A stretch of DNA of 64,000 nucleotides from Spirochaetaceae bacterium (lineage in GTDB: Bacteria > Spirochaetota > Spirochaetia > DSM-2461), in the NCBI GenBank assembly GCA_051531975.1, contig JAOPTT010000018.1, positions 8,147-72,146 on the forward strand, written 5' to 3'. Position numbers and translations under genes: made by a program. This document shows, in pieces, positions 8,867 to 19,309 of this stretch. Each line of letters begins with the position of its first letter. The first letter of the stretch is position 1. The notes beneath the pieces were generated by a model, which was not told where the DNA came from, searched no databases, and saw only the letters and a program-made list of their open reading frames with translations.

Positions 8867-11533
8867 ATGTTTTCACTTTATATAATAATTGAGCATAATA
8901 ATTTACTAATTAAAAGTAATTCTATCAATGAACAAAATCTCACAAAATCTTTAATTTCTAATATTAATAATCGAGGTGGAGTCAATAGTGAGATATCTTC
9001 TTATTTAAGCTATTTCCCATCTGAATATGATTATTCTAGAGTTAATTTTATTAAATGTTTACAAGAAATATATCAAACCCTCATAGAAAACAGTGATCTA
9101 GTAGGTTTTTCTATGGTTATAGATTGTAATAAAATTAGTAGTGATTTTGAGTATTTAGATAATAGAAATAACTTTATATTAAAAACCAATGATATTGATC
9201 AAATTTGGTTCTCTAATGATGCATATAAACTATTAGAACTGTTTTTTAATGGTAAACGTATTAATGGCTTAATAAAAGCTTCAAAAGATTTTCATAAAAT
9301 GTATTTACCTACTGAGAGTGCAGATAATGTAATGATATCTGAGTCAATGCAAAATTATTTTTCAGAATTAACAACATCCATAAATTTTTTCAATAATAGA
9401 ATGAGTTCAGCTTTATATAAGAATATAAATTATTGGGCTAATAGTAATAAATTGGATAAAAATCTGTTCATTGATTTTGAAATGAGTCATGATCATCTTA
9501 TCACTTTTATTGAATACCTAATCACATTAACCTCAATGTTTAATCCTCTCACAGATTTAGATTCTGAAGAACAAAACAGTTGGGGAATATACTTAGAATT
9601 GTTTAATGAGTTTTCTACAAAAAGTTTTAACTATTTTGTACTTGATGATGCAAATATACATTTCAAAAAATTAATATTGTTATGGTTTGAATCTTTATCT
9701 CTACGAAAGTCTATATTAATTACGATAAGTGTAGATGATGATCAAGAAATTTTAGAAATATTAACGTGTTTAAGTTTATTGGATCATATAAATATATTTG
9801 TTTTTAAAAATTCTTCAGAATATGGATTGAATTCTATAACATTACCCTACTTAATTTCTTTGGAAAACTCACTTCAATGTACTCTTTCAACTTATTTAAA
9901 AAGTAAACCTGATTCATCTTTAAATGTTCTTTATATAATAATTATAACTGGTGGAGAATTATTACTAAGTGATATTTTAAATATATTCAAGATTTTAAAT
10001 TATGACGTTCTAGAATTACAAGAAGAGATAGACAATTTTATAAGAGAAGGTCTATTATTAGGTGATCAGAATTTGTACTCTAGTAGTAAGAAAATATTAT
10101 CGAATATAATTGATCAAAAACCCGACTTGATAGAAGGTTGGAAAAATGATTTTATTGGGGTATTTATTAAAGAGCATTATAATAATATTTTTAATTATGC
10201 TTTTATATTTAGTTCTATTTCCTTAGGGTCTATGTATCATAAAGAATCACTACAAACTCTTTATAATTGCATTCAGAATATGCTTGATCTTGGTAGAGAA
10301 ATTTCATTGCCTGATTATTATTATCAGATGAAAGCTGATATACCACTACAAAATATTTTAGTTTATAAGAAAATACGGGAGAATAGACTCAATCATAATC
10401 TATTAGATATTGAAATAATCGAAAAACTCCATACATCATTTGGCACACCTTTAGAATTCCTTGATTTATTGAATATTTGGTCATTTAATAAAGATGAAAA
10501 ACTAATAGATAGATGTAAAAGTCTATATTTTACATATCAATCAGCAGGGGAAAGCTTTAATGAATGTCGTATTAAGATGTTATTCTCTTTAGGATTATTA
10601 AGTTGTGGTCGGGTGAGTGAATCCATTGACTATTTTGAACTTAATTGTAGCTATAGTAAAGGTATATCTGATACATATTCTTATATTCGAAACGGTTCTT
10701 TTTTAGCAATGGCTCACTATGTAAAAGGTGATTTAAGTGGTGTTTTAAGGGTTTCAGAACTATTTCTACAGCATAACTGGATCTATTTCAAAACTAGATG
10801 GTTTTTATATCTAAAATTTATAAGAGCTCGGGCATTAAGCGAATTAGGAATGTACGATGATGCATTAATTCTTCTTTCTGATGGAATTCATATTGCAGAA
10901 GAATTTGATTATATAGATATTTTAAAAGTATTCATTAATTGGAAAGGTCGTACCTTATTTTTCTCTGGTAATAGTGAAGCTGCTAGTGAATTATTATTAA
11001 ACAATACTCCTAATAACGAATCGTTCTACTTTTTATCTGAAATAGAGTATTTTTTAGGTAATCTTTCAAAAGCTATTGAATATGCAGAAAAAGCTTTGTT
11101 TGTTGAAGATAATACTGTTTTATATGATGAGAATTTAAAATGGCGTGATGGTTTTTTTGTAATTGAAGAATTTTATAATAGAGCTGATAGAACTTCAATT
11201 TTATATCAAGAAATTACTTACTTTTATTATATGTTAAAAATAACTAATGGAGATAAAGATGCTCTTGATAAATATTCAGAAATAATTTTAAATATTTCAA
11301 ACTTTTCATTAGCAGTAAATGATTATAAATATCTTTTTTATCTCTATATTGCTACAGAAGACATTGAGATAACTGAAAAAATAAATAGAGAAAACATCTA
11401 TAATAAAGTTATTAGATTATTGCAACAAAAAACTACAAACTTGAGTGAACATAACCAAAAACATAAATTTTTAGATAACTTTTGGAATAGTCATATAAAT
11501 AATGTATCAAGAACTAAAAAGTTTTTTAAATAA
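8867..11533 (+). CDS. Large hypothetical protein with C-terminal TPR-like helical repeats
   Basis: 888-aa ORF; TPR-like segments such as RALSELGMYDDALILL and EIEYFLGNLSKAIEYAEKAL. Confidence 0.6.
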   Translation: MFSLYIIIEHNNLLIKSNSINEQNLTKSLISNINNRGGVNSEISSYLSYFPSEYDYSRVNFIKCLQEIYQTLIENSDLVGFSMVIDCNKISSDFEYLDNRNNFILKTNDIDQIWFSNDAYKLLELFFNGKRINGLIKASKDFHKMYLPTESADNVMISESMQNYFSELTTSINFFNNRMSSALYKNINYWANSNKLDKNLFIDFEMSHDHLITFIEYLITLTSMFNPLTDLDSEEQNSWGIYLELFNEFSTKSFNYFVLDDANIHFKKLILLWFESLSLRKSILITISVDDDQEILEILTCLSLLDHINIFVFKNSSEYGLNSITLPYLISLENSLQCTLSTYLKSKPDSSLNVLYIIIITGGELLLSDILNIFKILNYDVLELQEEIDNFIREGLLLGDQNLYSSSKKILSNIIDQKPDLIEGWKNDFIGVFIKEHYNNIFNYAFIFSSISLGSMYHKESLQTLYNCIQNMLDLGREISLPDYYYQMKADIPLQNILVYKKIRENRLNHNLLDIEIIEKLHTSFGTPLEFLDLLNIWSFNKDEKLIDRCKSLYFTYQSAGESFNECRIKMLFSLGLLSCGRVSESIDYFELNCSYSKGISDTYSYIRNGSFLAMAHYVKGDLSGVLRVSELFLQHNWIYFKTRWFLYLKFIRARALSELGMYDDALILLSDGIHIAEEFDYIDILKVFINWKGRTLFFSGNSEAASELLLNNTPNNESFYFLSEIEYFLGNLSKAIEYAEKALFVEDNTVLYDENLKWRDGFFVIEEFYNRADRTSILYQEITYFYYMLKITNGDKDALDKYSEIILNISNFSLAVNDYKYLFYLYIATEDIEITEKINRENIYNKVIRLLQQKTTNLSEHNQKHKFLDNFWNSHINNVSRTKKFFK

Positions 11534-11547
11534 TAATAATCTTATAG

Positions 11548-11576
11548 TTGACATATTATTTCATGGTTGCTATATT
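11548..11576 (+). promoter_or_regulatory. sigma-70 promoter of the tRNA gene
   Basis: TTGACA (11548-11553), 17-nt spacer, TGc-TATATT (11571-11576), 17 nt before the tRNA. Confidence 0.85.
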
Positions 11577-11593
11577 ACAAAAGCAATTAACAA

Positions 11594-11666
11594 GGTGGCG
11601 TAGCTCAGTTGGTAGAGCAATCGGCTCATATCCGGTCTGTCAGGGGTTCAAGTCCCTTCGCCACTA
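11594..11666 (+). tRNA. tRNA with CAU anticodon; probably elongator Met, Ile2 not excluded; CCA not encoded
   Basis: Acceptor GGTGGCG/CGCCACT, D arm TAGCTCAGTTGGTAGAGC, anticodon stem ATCGG-CTCATAT-CCGGT, T arm AGGGG-TTCAAGT-CCCTT. Lacks initiator features (C1:A72, three G-C pairs). Confidence 0.95.
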
Positions 11667-11668
11667 TT

Positions 11669-11696
11669 AAAACCTAAGCTATTAGCTTAGGTTTTT
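11669..11696 (+). terminator. Intrinsic terminator after the tRNA
   Basis: AAAACCTAAGCT-ATT-AGCTTAGGTTTT perfect hairpin followed by a T-run. Confidence 0.9.
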
Positions 11697-11754
11697 CTTT
11701 TTATAAATATTGTCTTTTTATAATTACAGACGTATTATTGCATATAGGTGTTAT

Positions 11755-12651
11755 ATGAATTTAGAAAGATTACAAATATTTTATGCTGTAGCTACCCAAA
11801 ACAGTTTTTCTAAAGCTGCTAAGAAAATAGAGAAAACTCAATCTGCTGTAAGTCAATCAATCCGATTATTGGAGAAAGAGATAGGTGAGACTTTATTCCA
11901 AAGAAGTAATAGAAGTGTTGTTCTATCTGAAGCAGGTATAATACTTTTTGAACATGTATCTTTAATTATTCAATCCATAGAAGACGCTCAAGTTAGAATT
12001 GATTCATTAAAAAATTTACAAGAAGGTGAATTAATTATAAGTTCAAGTATGGCTTCAGCATGTTATATGCTACCTGAAGTACTCAAAAAATTTAAACTTA
12101 AATATCCCGGTGTAAAAATTGTCCTAAAAAATGGTTTATCAGATCAAGCAGCTGACATGGTTGTTAGTAAAGAGAGTGATGTAGGTGTTGTCATGTTACC
12201 AATAAATAACCCAAATCTCGATTATATACCTCTTGCGGTAAGGGAAGATGTACTTATCACCTCAATAAATCATGAATTAAATAAAGTAGAAGATATAAAT
12301 GTTAATTCTCTATTAGATTACGAGTTTATACTGTTGGATAAAGAAGCTCATACTAGACAATACATTAACAATTTCTTTACAACGGTAGGTGCCAAACCAA
12401 AGGTAGCTATGGAAGTAGGTAATATGGAAATAATCAAACAAATGGTTATTCTAAACTTTGGAATATCTGTAATACCTAGAATTGCTGTAAAAAGAGAAGA
12501 GAATCGTACTTTAAGAGTTCGTAGAATCTTCTCAAAGGATCAGTGCCGGGAAATAGGTATTGTATTTAGAAAAAATAAGAAGATAAAAGCTACTACTAAA
12601 GTATTTATTGAAATGATTACAGAACATTTTAAAGATATTGAGATGATTTAA
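11755..12651 (+). CDS. LysR-family transcriptional regulator
   Basis: HTH SFSKAAKKIEKTQSAVSQSIRLLEKEIG. ATG at 11755 with AGGTG RBS preferred over TTG at 11710. Confidence 0.95.
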   Translation: MNLERLQIFYAVATQNSFSKAAKKIEKTQSAVSQSIRLLEKEIGETLFQRSNRSVVLSEAGIILFEHVSLIIQSIEDAQVRIDSLKNLQEGELIISSSMASACYMLPEVLKKFKLKYPGVKIVLKNGLSDQAADMVVSKESDVGVVMLPINNPNLDYIPLAVREDVLITSINHELNKVEDINVNSLLDYEFILLDKEAHTRQYINNFFTTVGAKPKVAMEVGNMEIIKQMVILNFGISVIPRIAVKREENRTLRVRRIFSKDQCREIGIVFRKNKKIKATTKVFIEMITEHFKDIEMI

Positions 12652-13618
12652 TCTTTTTTAAATTATTAAGATGAGGGTAGTCTTTTTTTAACTGATCTAT
12701 AGTTCTATTTAATTTATCAAAAAATATGTTTGTTGAGGAACTATCTTTGTTAATAATTTTGTGTCCAAGCATGTTGTTTAATTTATCAATTCTTTTAATG
12801 TAATCATCTAATTCTTCTGATCCAGCTGAATTTATAAATTTTTCAATAATATATTCAACAGCTTGATTATTAGGATGGGTTAAGTCCGGTTTGTACCACC
12901 TATAATCTCTAAGTTCATCAAGAAGTATTTCATATGAAGGAAAATAGTAAGCTGATGTAATATTTTCTAATATAATGTTTACAGCGACTCTTAATAGAGC
13001 TTTACTGTATGAGTTTTCTTTGGGATTATCTCTTAAATGTCTAACTGGGCTAATTGTAAAAATAATTTTTATGTCTCTATTTTCTTCTTGTAATTTTTTT
13101 AATGGAATTATTAAACTTTCAGCTATCTCATCAAGTGTTAAAACTCTTCTAGTAAATTCGTTTTTTGGTAGTTTATGGCAATTATTAACCGGTCTGTTAT
13201 CCTTTTCATATAAATATGATGTTCCTAGGGTTATAACTAGTATATTAGCCTTTAATAAACTTGCATGTGCATCTTGTATTCCACCATTAACACCTTGTAA
13301 AAATAGTTCTATTTTTTTATTACCTGAATGGGTATAAAAATCAAAATGTTGATATAAACCATCTACTAATATACATTCTGATTCTTCAATAAGTTTACAA
13401 TTAATTAATCTATTTAATGAACTTCCTAAAGATTTGGGGTTGTATATATTTCCAAAGGGAGAGCTTTTACAGTTTAAGTATTTATTTTTAAATGATTCAT
13501 ATAAATTCTCAGAAAAACAAGAACCAATAAAATAACTTAATGTGTGAGTATTCATAGAAATATTCAATGAATCACAGACTACTTCAGTTATATTTTTTTG
13601 GTAGAAATTATTAATCAT
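12629..13618 (-). CDS. GSCFA domain protein (SGNH-like)
   Basis: IGSCFSE, ITLGT, TISPVRH, YFPSYE, DELRDYRWY...HPN motifs. Confidence 0.88.
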   Translation of the reverse strand: MINNFYQKNITEVVCDSLNISMNTHTLSYFIGSCFSENLYESFKNKYLNCKSSPFGNIYNPKSLGSSLNRLINCKLIEESECILVDGLYQHFDFYTHSGNKKIELFLQGVNGGIQDAHASLLKANILVITLGTSYLYEKDNRPVNNCHKLPKNEFTRRVLTLDEIAESLIIPLKKLQEENRDIKIIFTISPVRHLRDNPKENSYSKALLRVAVNIILENITSAYYFPSYEILLDELRDYRWYKPDLTHPNNQAVEYIIEKFINSAGSEELDDYIKRIDKLNNMLGHKIINKDSSSTNIFFDKLNRTIDQLKKDYPHLNNLKKIKSSQYL

Positions 13619-13726
13619 AAAATATTATATTATAATAGAAACTTAATATAAAGTGTTAAGAGTCTAGTATCGACAATTGTAATTCAATTTCATATAATGG
13701 CATTGAATAATGTAGGATGAAAAATT

Positions 13727-15556
13727 ATGAAATTTGATGATTACGCATTTAGTGCGGAAATTAAGAGTGGAATACAAAAAGCAAAATTTGTTGATTGTAC
13801 TCCAGTTCAAGAAAAAACCTTTGATTTTATTTTAGAAGGTAGAGATGTATATGCTCAGTCTCAGACAGGTACAGGAAAAACAGCAGCTTTTTTAATATCG
13901 ATATTCCACCTATTACAAACAGATAAGTATTTAAATAGAAAGGCTCTTGTTGTAGTTCCAACAAGAGAACTAGCAGTTCAAATAAAAGAAGAAGCAGACC
14001 TTTTAGGTCAAGATGTAGATCTTACATCAGCATGTTTTTACGGTGGTACAGGTTATAAAACCCAAGAAGCTTTATTGGAGAAGGGTGTTGATATAATTAT
14101 CGCAACTCCAGGAAGATTATTAGATTTTAGTAAACAAGGTAAGATTAATTTTAAAGATTTTTCAATTCTTGTTGTAGATGAAGCGGATAGATTATTTGAT
14201 ATGGGTTTTGTTGATGATATAAGACGTATTTTTAACTCAACTAAAAGTGTTAAGGATAAGATGACACTTTTATTTAGTGCAACGATGAATCCTAGTGTTG
14301 GAAATATATCTTGGGAATACATGAATAATCCAGGTGAAATATTTATTGAAGCTGAACAATTAACAGTAGAGTCTATAGCACAAGAGTTATATCATGTTGG
14401 TAAAGATGAAAAAATGAGTATTCTTTTAGGTCTTCTTGAAAGAGAAAAACCTGAATCTGCAATAATATTCACCAATACAAAACATATGGCTCATGAAATT
14501 TCTAAAAGACTTGATCATAATGGTATTAAAAATGAATATTTAATGGGTGATCTACCACAGAAAAAACGTTTACAAATTGTGAATAGTGTAAAAGATGGTC
14601 AAGTGAAATTTTTGGTAGCTACAGATGTTGCTGCAAGAGGCTTACATGTGGATGATCTTTCTTTAGTCATAAATTATGATCTTCCGTTAGATACTGAAAA
14701 CTATGTTCACAGAATTGGACGTACAGCCAGAGCTGGTAAAGATGGAAAAGCGATATCTTTAGCTTGTGAAAATTATGTATATAGCTTATCTGGAATTGAG
14801 GATTTTATTGATTCTAAGATTCCTGTATTTCCAACTACTGAAGACCTTTTTGTTGAAGATAAAAGTTCACATCTTAGATTTAGTCTTAATGAGCATAAAA
14901 ATAGAGGTCGAGATAGTCGTGGAAATAATAACCGTGGGAATAATAATCATGGGAATAACAAACGTGTTAATTCTAACCGTAACAGTGAGAAACATGGTAA
15001 TACAAACCGGAATAATTATAACAAAGTAAGTGGAAACCATGGTAATAAAAAAAGGCATACTGAATCTGACAAAGAGAGATTAGAAAGAGTAAGAAATAGT
15101 GTTATGAATATTTCTGGTACAAACTCTTTAGATGCAAACTTTGATAAAGAGATAAAACATAGCCATAAAAAGAGTACTAATCAAACTAGACCTAACAATA
15201 AAAATCAAGCTAGGCCTAACAACAAAAATAACCGGAATAATAGAACTACTAATACAAATACGTCAAATCCTAATAATAATAAAAAAAGATTTGATAATAG
15301 TAACAATAATAATAAAAGGTTTGATAATAATAAAAGAAATTCAGCAATGGTTGGTGTTAAAAGAGTATCATCAGAATCTAATGTTGAAGAGAGAATCGCT
15401 TATTATAAGAAAAAATATGGTGAAGACTTTAAGCCATCTGATTCTATGTTATCTAACAAGAAGAAGGTTGTAAAAAAGCAGCCTGAAACTAAAGTAAAAA
15501 ATCCTAAAAAAGTTGGATTATTAGGTTCAATTTCTAACATATTTAAGAAGAAATAA
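13727..15556 (+). CDS. DEAD-box RNA helicase with Asn/Lys-rich disordered C-terminal tail
   Basis: Q motif, SQTGTGKT, PTRELA, TPGRL, DEAD, SAT, ARGL, HRIGRTAR. Confidence 0.97.
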   Translation: MKFDDYAFSAEIKSGIQKAKFVDCTPVQEKTFDFILEGRDVYAQSQTGTGKTAAFLISIFHLLQTDKYLNRKALVVVPTRELAVQIKEEADLLGQDVDLTSACFYGGTGYKTQEALLEKGVDIIIATPGRLLDFSKQGKINFKDFSILVVDEADRLFDMGFVDDIRRIFNSTKSVKDKMTLLFSATMNPSVGNISWEYMNNPGEIFIEAEQLTVESIAQELYHVGKDEKMSILLGLLEREKPESAIIFTNTKHMAHEISKRLDHNGIKNEYLMGDLPQKKRLQIVNSVKDGQVKFLVATDVAARGLHVDDLSLVINYDLPLDTENYVHRIGRTARAGKDGKAISLACENYVYSLSGIEDFIDSKIPVFPTTEDLFVEDKSSHLRFSLNEHKNRGRDSRGNNNRGNNNHGNNKRVNSNRNSEKHGNTNRNNYNKVSGNHGNKKRHTESDKERLERVRNSVMNISGTNSLDANFDKEIKHSHKKSTNQTRPNNKNQARPNNKNNRNNRTTNTNTSNPNNNKKRFDNSNNNNKRFDNNKRNSAMVGVKRVSSESNVEERIAYYKKKYGEDFKPSDSMLSNKKKVVKKQPETKVKNPKKVGLLGSISNIFKKK

Positions 15557-16310
15557 TATTCAAATAACAGGAGAATCTTCCAGAAGGTTCTCCTTCTTTT
15601 CTAAAAGAAAAAAACATATCATTATTACATGAGGTACAGATATTCATAACTTCAATATTAGAATTAATAATACCTATATTTAAAGATTGATTTTTATTAA
15701 TTTCTTTAAGATCTAAATAGTACTTTTTATTTTTAATATACCCTTCGCCTGTTGTTGGGGCAAATTTAGTATATAGGTCTTCTGATACGTTATAACAACA
15801 ACCACCAATTGATGGACCAATTCCTATAAGCAGATCAGGGATTGAAGAATTATAATTATCAACTAATTTGCTTATTGTTTTAATTAAGAGTTTTTTATAT
15901 GTTCCCTTCCAGCCACAATGACATAACGCCCCAACTCTGTTTATTGGATCAAAAATAACGATTGGGACACAATCCGCAACAAAAATATTTAATAGGACAT
16001 CTACTTCTTTAGTAATTAATGCATCGCAAGAGAAAGTATTTAAGCCTATATTATTATTATCAACAATATGAATTATATCACTATGGATTTGATTCCCATG
16101 GGTATATTTGTTATAGTCGCATCCTAAATGATCTATTAATAATAATCTATTTCTATCGACAGTGTTAAAATTATCCCCAGTATGTTTAGCAAGATTTAGT
16201 GAAGAGTAGGGCGAATTAGATAATCCATTTATTCTAGTAGTAATTCCAGTTTGAATAAAATTATCTTTAAATAAATCCCAATTAAGAATTCTAATATTTG
16301 CCGATTTCAT
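15543..16310 (-). CDS. pgeF: PgeF/YfiH family (purine nucleoside phosphorylase-like / peptidoglycan editing factor)
   Basis: SLNL, QIHS, DALIT, ADCVP, HCGWKG, GPSIGGCCY, FSFR. Confidence 0.92.
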   Translation of the reverse strand: MKSANIRILNWDLFKDNFIQTGITTRINGLSNSPYSSLNLAKHTGDNFNTVDRNRLLLIDHLGCDYNKYTHGNQIHSDIIHIVDNNNIGLNTFSCDALITKEVDVLLNIFVADCVPIVIFDPINRVGALCHCGWKGTYKKLLIKTISKLVDNYNSSIPDLLIGIGPSIGGCCYNVSEDLYTKFAPTTGEGYIKNKKYYLDLKEINKNQSLNIGIINSNIEVMNICTSCNNDMFFSFRKEGEPSGRFSCYLNIISS

Positions 16311-17391
16311 AAATAACTTTTTCTGCCATTACTTTGTATTTTCCATCTTCTATTTTTTCAAGATATTTTTTAGCATTATCAAAATCCCTATTTCTGTAAA
16401 AATTAATACCTATAGAGTAATATACTATATTTTTAGGTGCTCCTTTGTCTAAAGCAGTTGAAAAATGTGAATATGCCTTTGAATAATCCTCTAGGGAGCT
16501 ATAACAGAGAGCTAAATAGTATTCAGGGCTATAATGTTTGGATTCTAACTCTATCGCTTGTTTTAGATGTTTTATAGAGCTTATATAGTCCTCATTATTA
16601 TAATCATCAACACCAAGTTTTATATATTCAGTGTAGCCGTTAATACTATTAAGATGGTTAAAAAGATCCAAATCAAGATTATACTCTAAAAAATAATCAT
16701 TTATAATTGATCGATTATCTCCAACTTTATTAAGTTTGAGTATAGATAATGAGTCCCAAAAAAGTCGGTTATGTTTTTTATTGTCACTGTTTATTAAATA
16801 ATCAACCAACAGCCAGCTATTATAGTTTTTAATTTCTTCCCGGTTTTTATTTTTCATTAGTGTTGAGAAAACTTTTTCTTTAGTACTACTTCTTTTAAGA
16901 GTTTGGACCCATTTGAAATTTCTTTTTAGTCTTGATTCTATAGAAAAATCTTCAAAGTAAGTTGCAATTCCTAAATTGAACCAATCAGGAGCACTATTTC
17001 CAAAAAAGCCTATATATTGAAGGGTTAATTGGTGGGCTAAGCTTAAGCTTGATAAGACATTAGATTTATAAATAACAACTCTATTTTGGTTATTGCTATA
17101 TTTTAAATAAACATAATCTTTTCTTGGTTTAATCCCTAATTTATCCAGGTAAGAAGTATAAACATCGTAATTATCTAAAATAAGTATTTCTCTAAGGCTT
17201 TCACTATTTTTAAGTCTAAGTAATTCTTCAAACGATCTGTTTAACTCTTCAGAAAAATTAATTATATCTTGAATCTCATCCTGTGATCCATTGTATTTAA
17301 TAATAAAATTTTCTGACTCATAAATGGATAACTCCTGAGCAAAAATAACAGATGAAAAAACTATTATAAATATTATTAAGATCTTTTTCAT
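16291..17391 (-). CDS. Secreted protein with degenerate gluzincin/peptidase-MA-like domain and C-terminal TPRs
   Basis: Signal peptide; LAHQLTLQY...PDWFNLGIATYFE (compare HExxH...PxWxxEGxAxY); TPRs at the C-terminus. Confidence 0.7.
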   Translation of the reverse strand: MKKILIIFIIVFSSVIFAQELSIYESENFIIKYNGSQDEIQDIINFSEELNRSFEELLRLKNSESLREILILDNYDVYTSYLDKLGIKPRKDYVYLKYSNNQNRVVIYKSNVLSSLSLAHQLTLQYIGFFGNSAPDWFNLGIATYFEDFSIESRLKRNFKWVQTLKRSSTKEKVFSTLMKNKNREEIKNYNSWLLVDYLINSDNKKHNRLFWDSLSILKLNKVGDNRSIINDYFLEYNLDLDLFNHLNSINGYTEYIKLGVDDYNNEDYISSIKHLKQAIELESKHYSPEYYLALCYSSLEDYSKAYSHFSTALDKGAPKNIVYYSIGINFYRNRDFDNAKKYLEKIEDGKYKVMAEKVIYEIGKY

Positions 17392-17400
17392 TCTACACCT

Positions 17401-18255
17401 CTATTTGTGGGATATCTGATCAATAGAAATTGATACTTCATTTATTATTATACCAGTAAGTCTTTCAATACTTTCGGTAATGTATTTTTGCAGAGAGTGA
17501 AAGTTTCCAGAAAGTTGTTCTCCAAAAGAAACATTTACAGATAAACTAATACTATATCCAGCATTAGCTTGGCTAACAATTATTTTTTTAACTTTAACAT
17601 TTCTGCTATGCTCATCAACACAATGAAGAACCATCTGGCTTAGAGCTGCTTCAGAAATACTTACAGATCCATGTTCTCTTTTATGAAACATTGGTCTTAC
17701 TACAGACTTTTCTACAAAGTTTTTATTTTTTTTCCTTGAAAAGAACACTTTTATAGAGTCATAAAAAATATGAGCATAATCTCTTTTTACTTCAATTGAA
17801 GGAACAGGAATAACATGTTTACCTTCTTTCGTTCTAGATTTTATAGCAATTTGAATCTCTTCCTTACTTGCTATATCTTCTATTTGAACAAAAGTTGAGA
17901 TTTCTGGTAGTTCTAAACGCTCAGCTATTTTAGCAACCATCTTGTTTGAGGTACCTATTAATAAGATTTTTTTAAATTTTATAATTTTAAGTTTGGCTTT
18001 TACTTCTTCTTTATGTGTAGGGTTATCAAATAGAGCTGTTTTAATTGCACCCATATATGCATCTTCTTTTTTAGCAGATTTACCTGCAACTATTTTTTCA
18101 TTGTGTATTAATAGACCATCGTCTATCATCAGTTCGATTTGGTTTTTTTTTGCAACAAGACCAGCTCTAAAGCTTTTTCCTGTTCCACTTTTACCTACAA
18201 GTGCAAATACTTTTACACCTTTTAGTCTCCATTTAAATGATTTTAATAAATTCAT
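17401..18255 (-). CDS. P-loop NTPase fused to an Asp23/Gls24-like C-terminal domain
   Basis: Walker A GKSGTGKS, IDDGLLI; C-terminal G.V.IS...Q..I...IE.LTG.....V.I.I pattern. Confidence 0.75.
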   Translation of the reverse strand: MNLLKSFKWRLKGVKVFALVGKSGTGKSFRAGLVAKKNQIELMIDDGLLIHNEKIVAGKSAKKEDAYMGAIKTALFDNPTHKEEVKAKLKIIKFKKILLIGTSNKMVAKIAERLELPEISTFVQIEDIASKEEIQIAIKSRTKEGKHVIPVPSIEVKRDYAHIFYDSIKVFFSRKKNKNFVEKSVVRPMFHKREHGSVSISEAALSQMVLHCVDEHSRNVKVKKIIVSQANAGYSISLSVNVSFGEQLSGNFHSLQKYITESIERLTGIIINEVSISIDQISHK

Positions 18256-19217
18256 AACTGTTTAAGCCCCTTTTGAACAAGCTTTTCAACTTTTTCTATT
18301 TCTACATTATTAAATAAATCGTTTAAAATTTTATCTTTAAAACTACTTAAAGATAATGTGAATGTTTTATTACTAAGAATATCACTGTTTTTACTAAAAG
18401 ACAAAGATATCGCAGATAAAAAATAAGTATTATAATTCGTACTATTATTATATTTATTATCTCCAACTAAAGGCCTATTATGAATTTTGCATTGAACTCT
18501 TATCTGATGAGTTCTTCCTGTTTTTATTTCAATTAAAGCTATTGTTTTTCCATTTTTTCTATAAAGAGGGATGAAGTTTGATAGTGCTTGCTGTCCATCA
18601 ATAGATTCAAAACTTTTATGTGTTTTATCATCCCTAGAGATTTTATCATTCCACTCTTCTTTATTAGAATATTCACCATCAACAATAGTTATATATACTT
18701 TTTTTATATCACCCTCTTGTAACATCTGTGTGAAACCTCTAGCACCTTTTAGAGATTTACTAAAAACAATTAATCCTTGAGTATTTCTGTCTAATCTATG
18801 TAAGGGACCGGGAGAAAATGATAAAGTTTTTTCAATTTTATCTTTTAAATATTCTTTAATTTGTATATCAAGGCTATCTGAATCTCCATGTACTAATACA
18901 CCTTTAGGTTTATTATAAAGAAGAATATGATCATTTTCAAAATAAATTCTACTAGTAACGATTTTTGATGTGGATCTTTTTTGTGGTTTGTTTTCCACAT
19001 GGGAGAGAAATGGTTTGTATATCCATAAAACATCTCCTTCTACTAATCTGTGGTTTTGTTTAACTTTTTTTGAATTTACACGAATATCTCCGGCTCTTAT
19101 ACTTTTAAAAACTAATTTAAGTGGCATATTAGGTAGAAATCTTCTAATAACATTATCAATTCTTTTTAAGGAGTCATTTGAGTAGATTGTAAAAAGTTCA
19201 TATTTATCATTATTCAC
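18252..19217 (-). CDS. RluA/RluC-family pseudouridine synthase with S4 domain
   Basis: S4-like RID...IRAGDIRVN, NKPKG, HRLDRNTQG, GRTHQIRV, GDNKY. Confidence 0.95.
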   Translation of the reverse strand: MNNDKYELFTIYSNDSLKRIDNVIRRFLPNMPLKLVFKSIRAGDIRVNSKKVKQNHRLVEGDVLWIYKPFLSHVENKPQKRSTSKIVTSRIYFENDHILLYNKPKGVLVHGDSDSLDIQIKEYLKDKIEKTLSFSPGPLHRLDRNTQGLIVFSKSLKGARGFTQMLQEGDIKKVYITIVDGEYSNKEEWNDKISRDDKTHKSFESIDGQQALSNFIPLYRKNGKTIALIEIKTGRTHQIRVQCKIHNRPLVGDNKYNNSTNYNTYFLSAISLSFSKNSDILSNKTFTLSLSSFKDKILNDLFNNVEIEKVEKLVQKGLKQL

Positions 19218-19309
19218 ATGTAAAAGATACTTATTACACTATATATTGGTCAACCACCTTTTAAGAATAAACTCTTGACAAATAGCTACTCAATACAGGA
19301 AACTACCAT

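Noticed and set aside
11594..13618. Genomic island integrated at the tRNA
   Set aside because: No integrase, no duplicated tRNA 3' end noticed, no obvious compositional shift.
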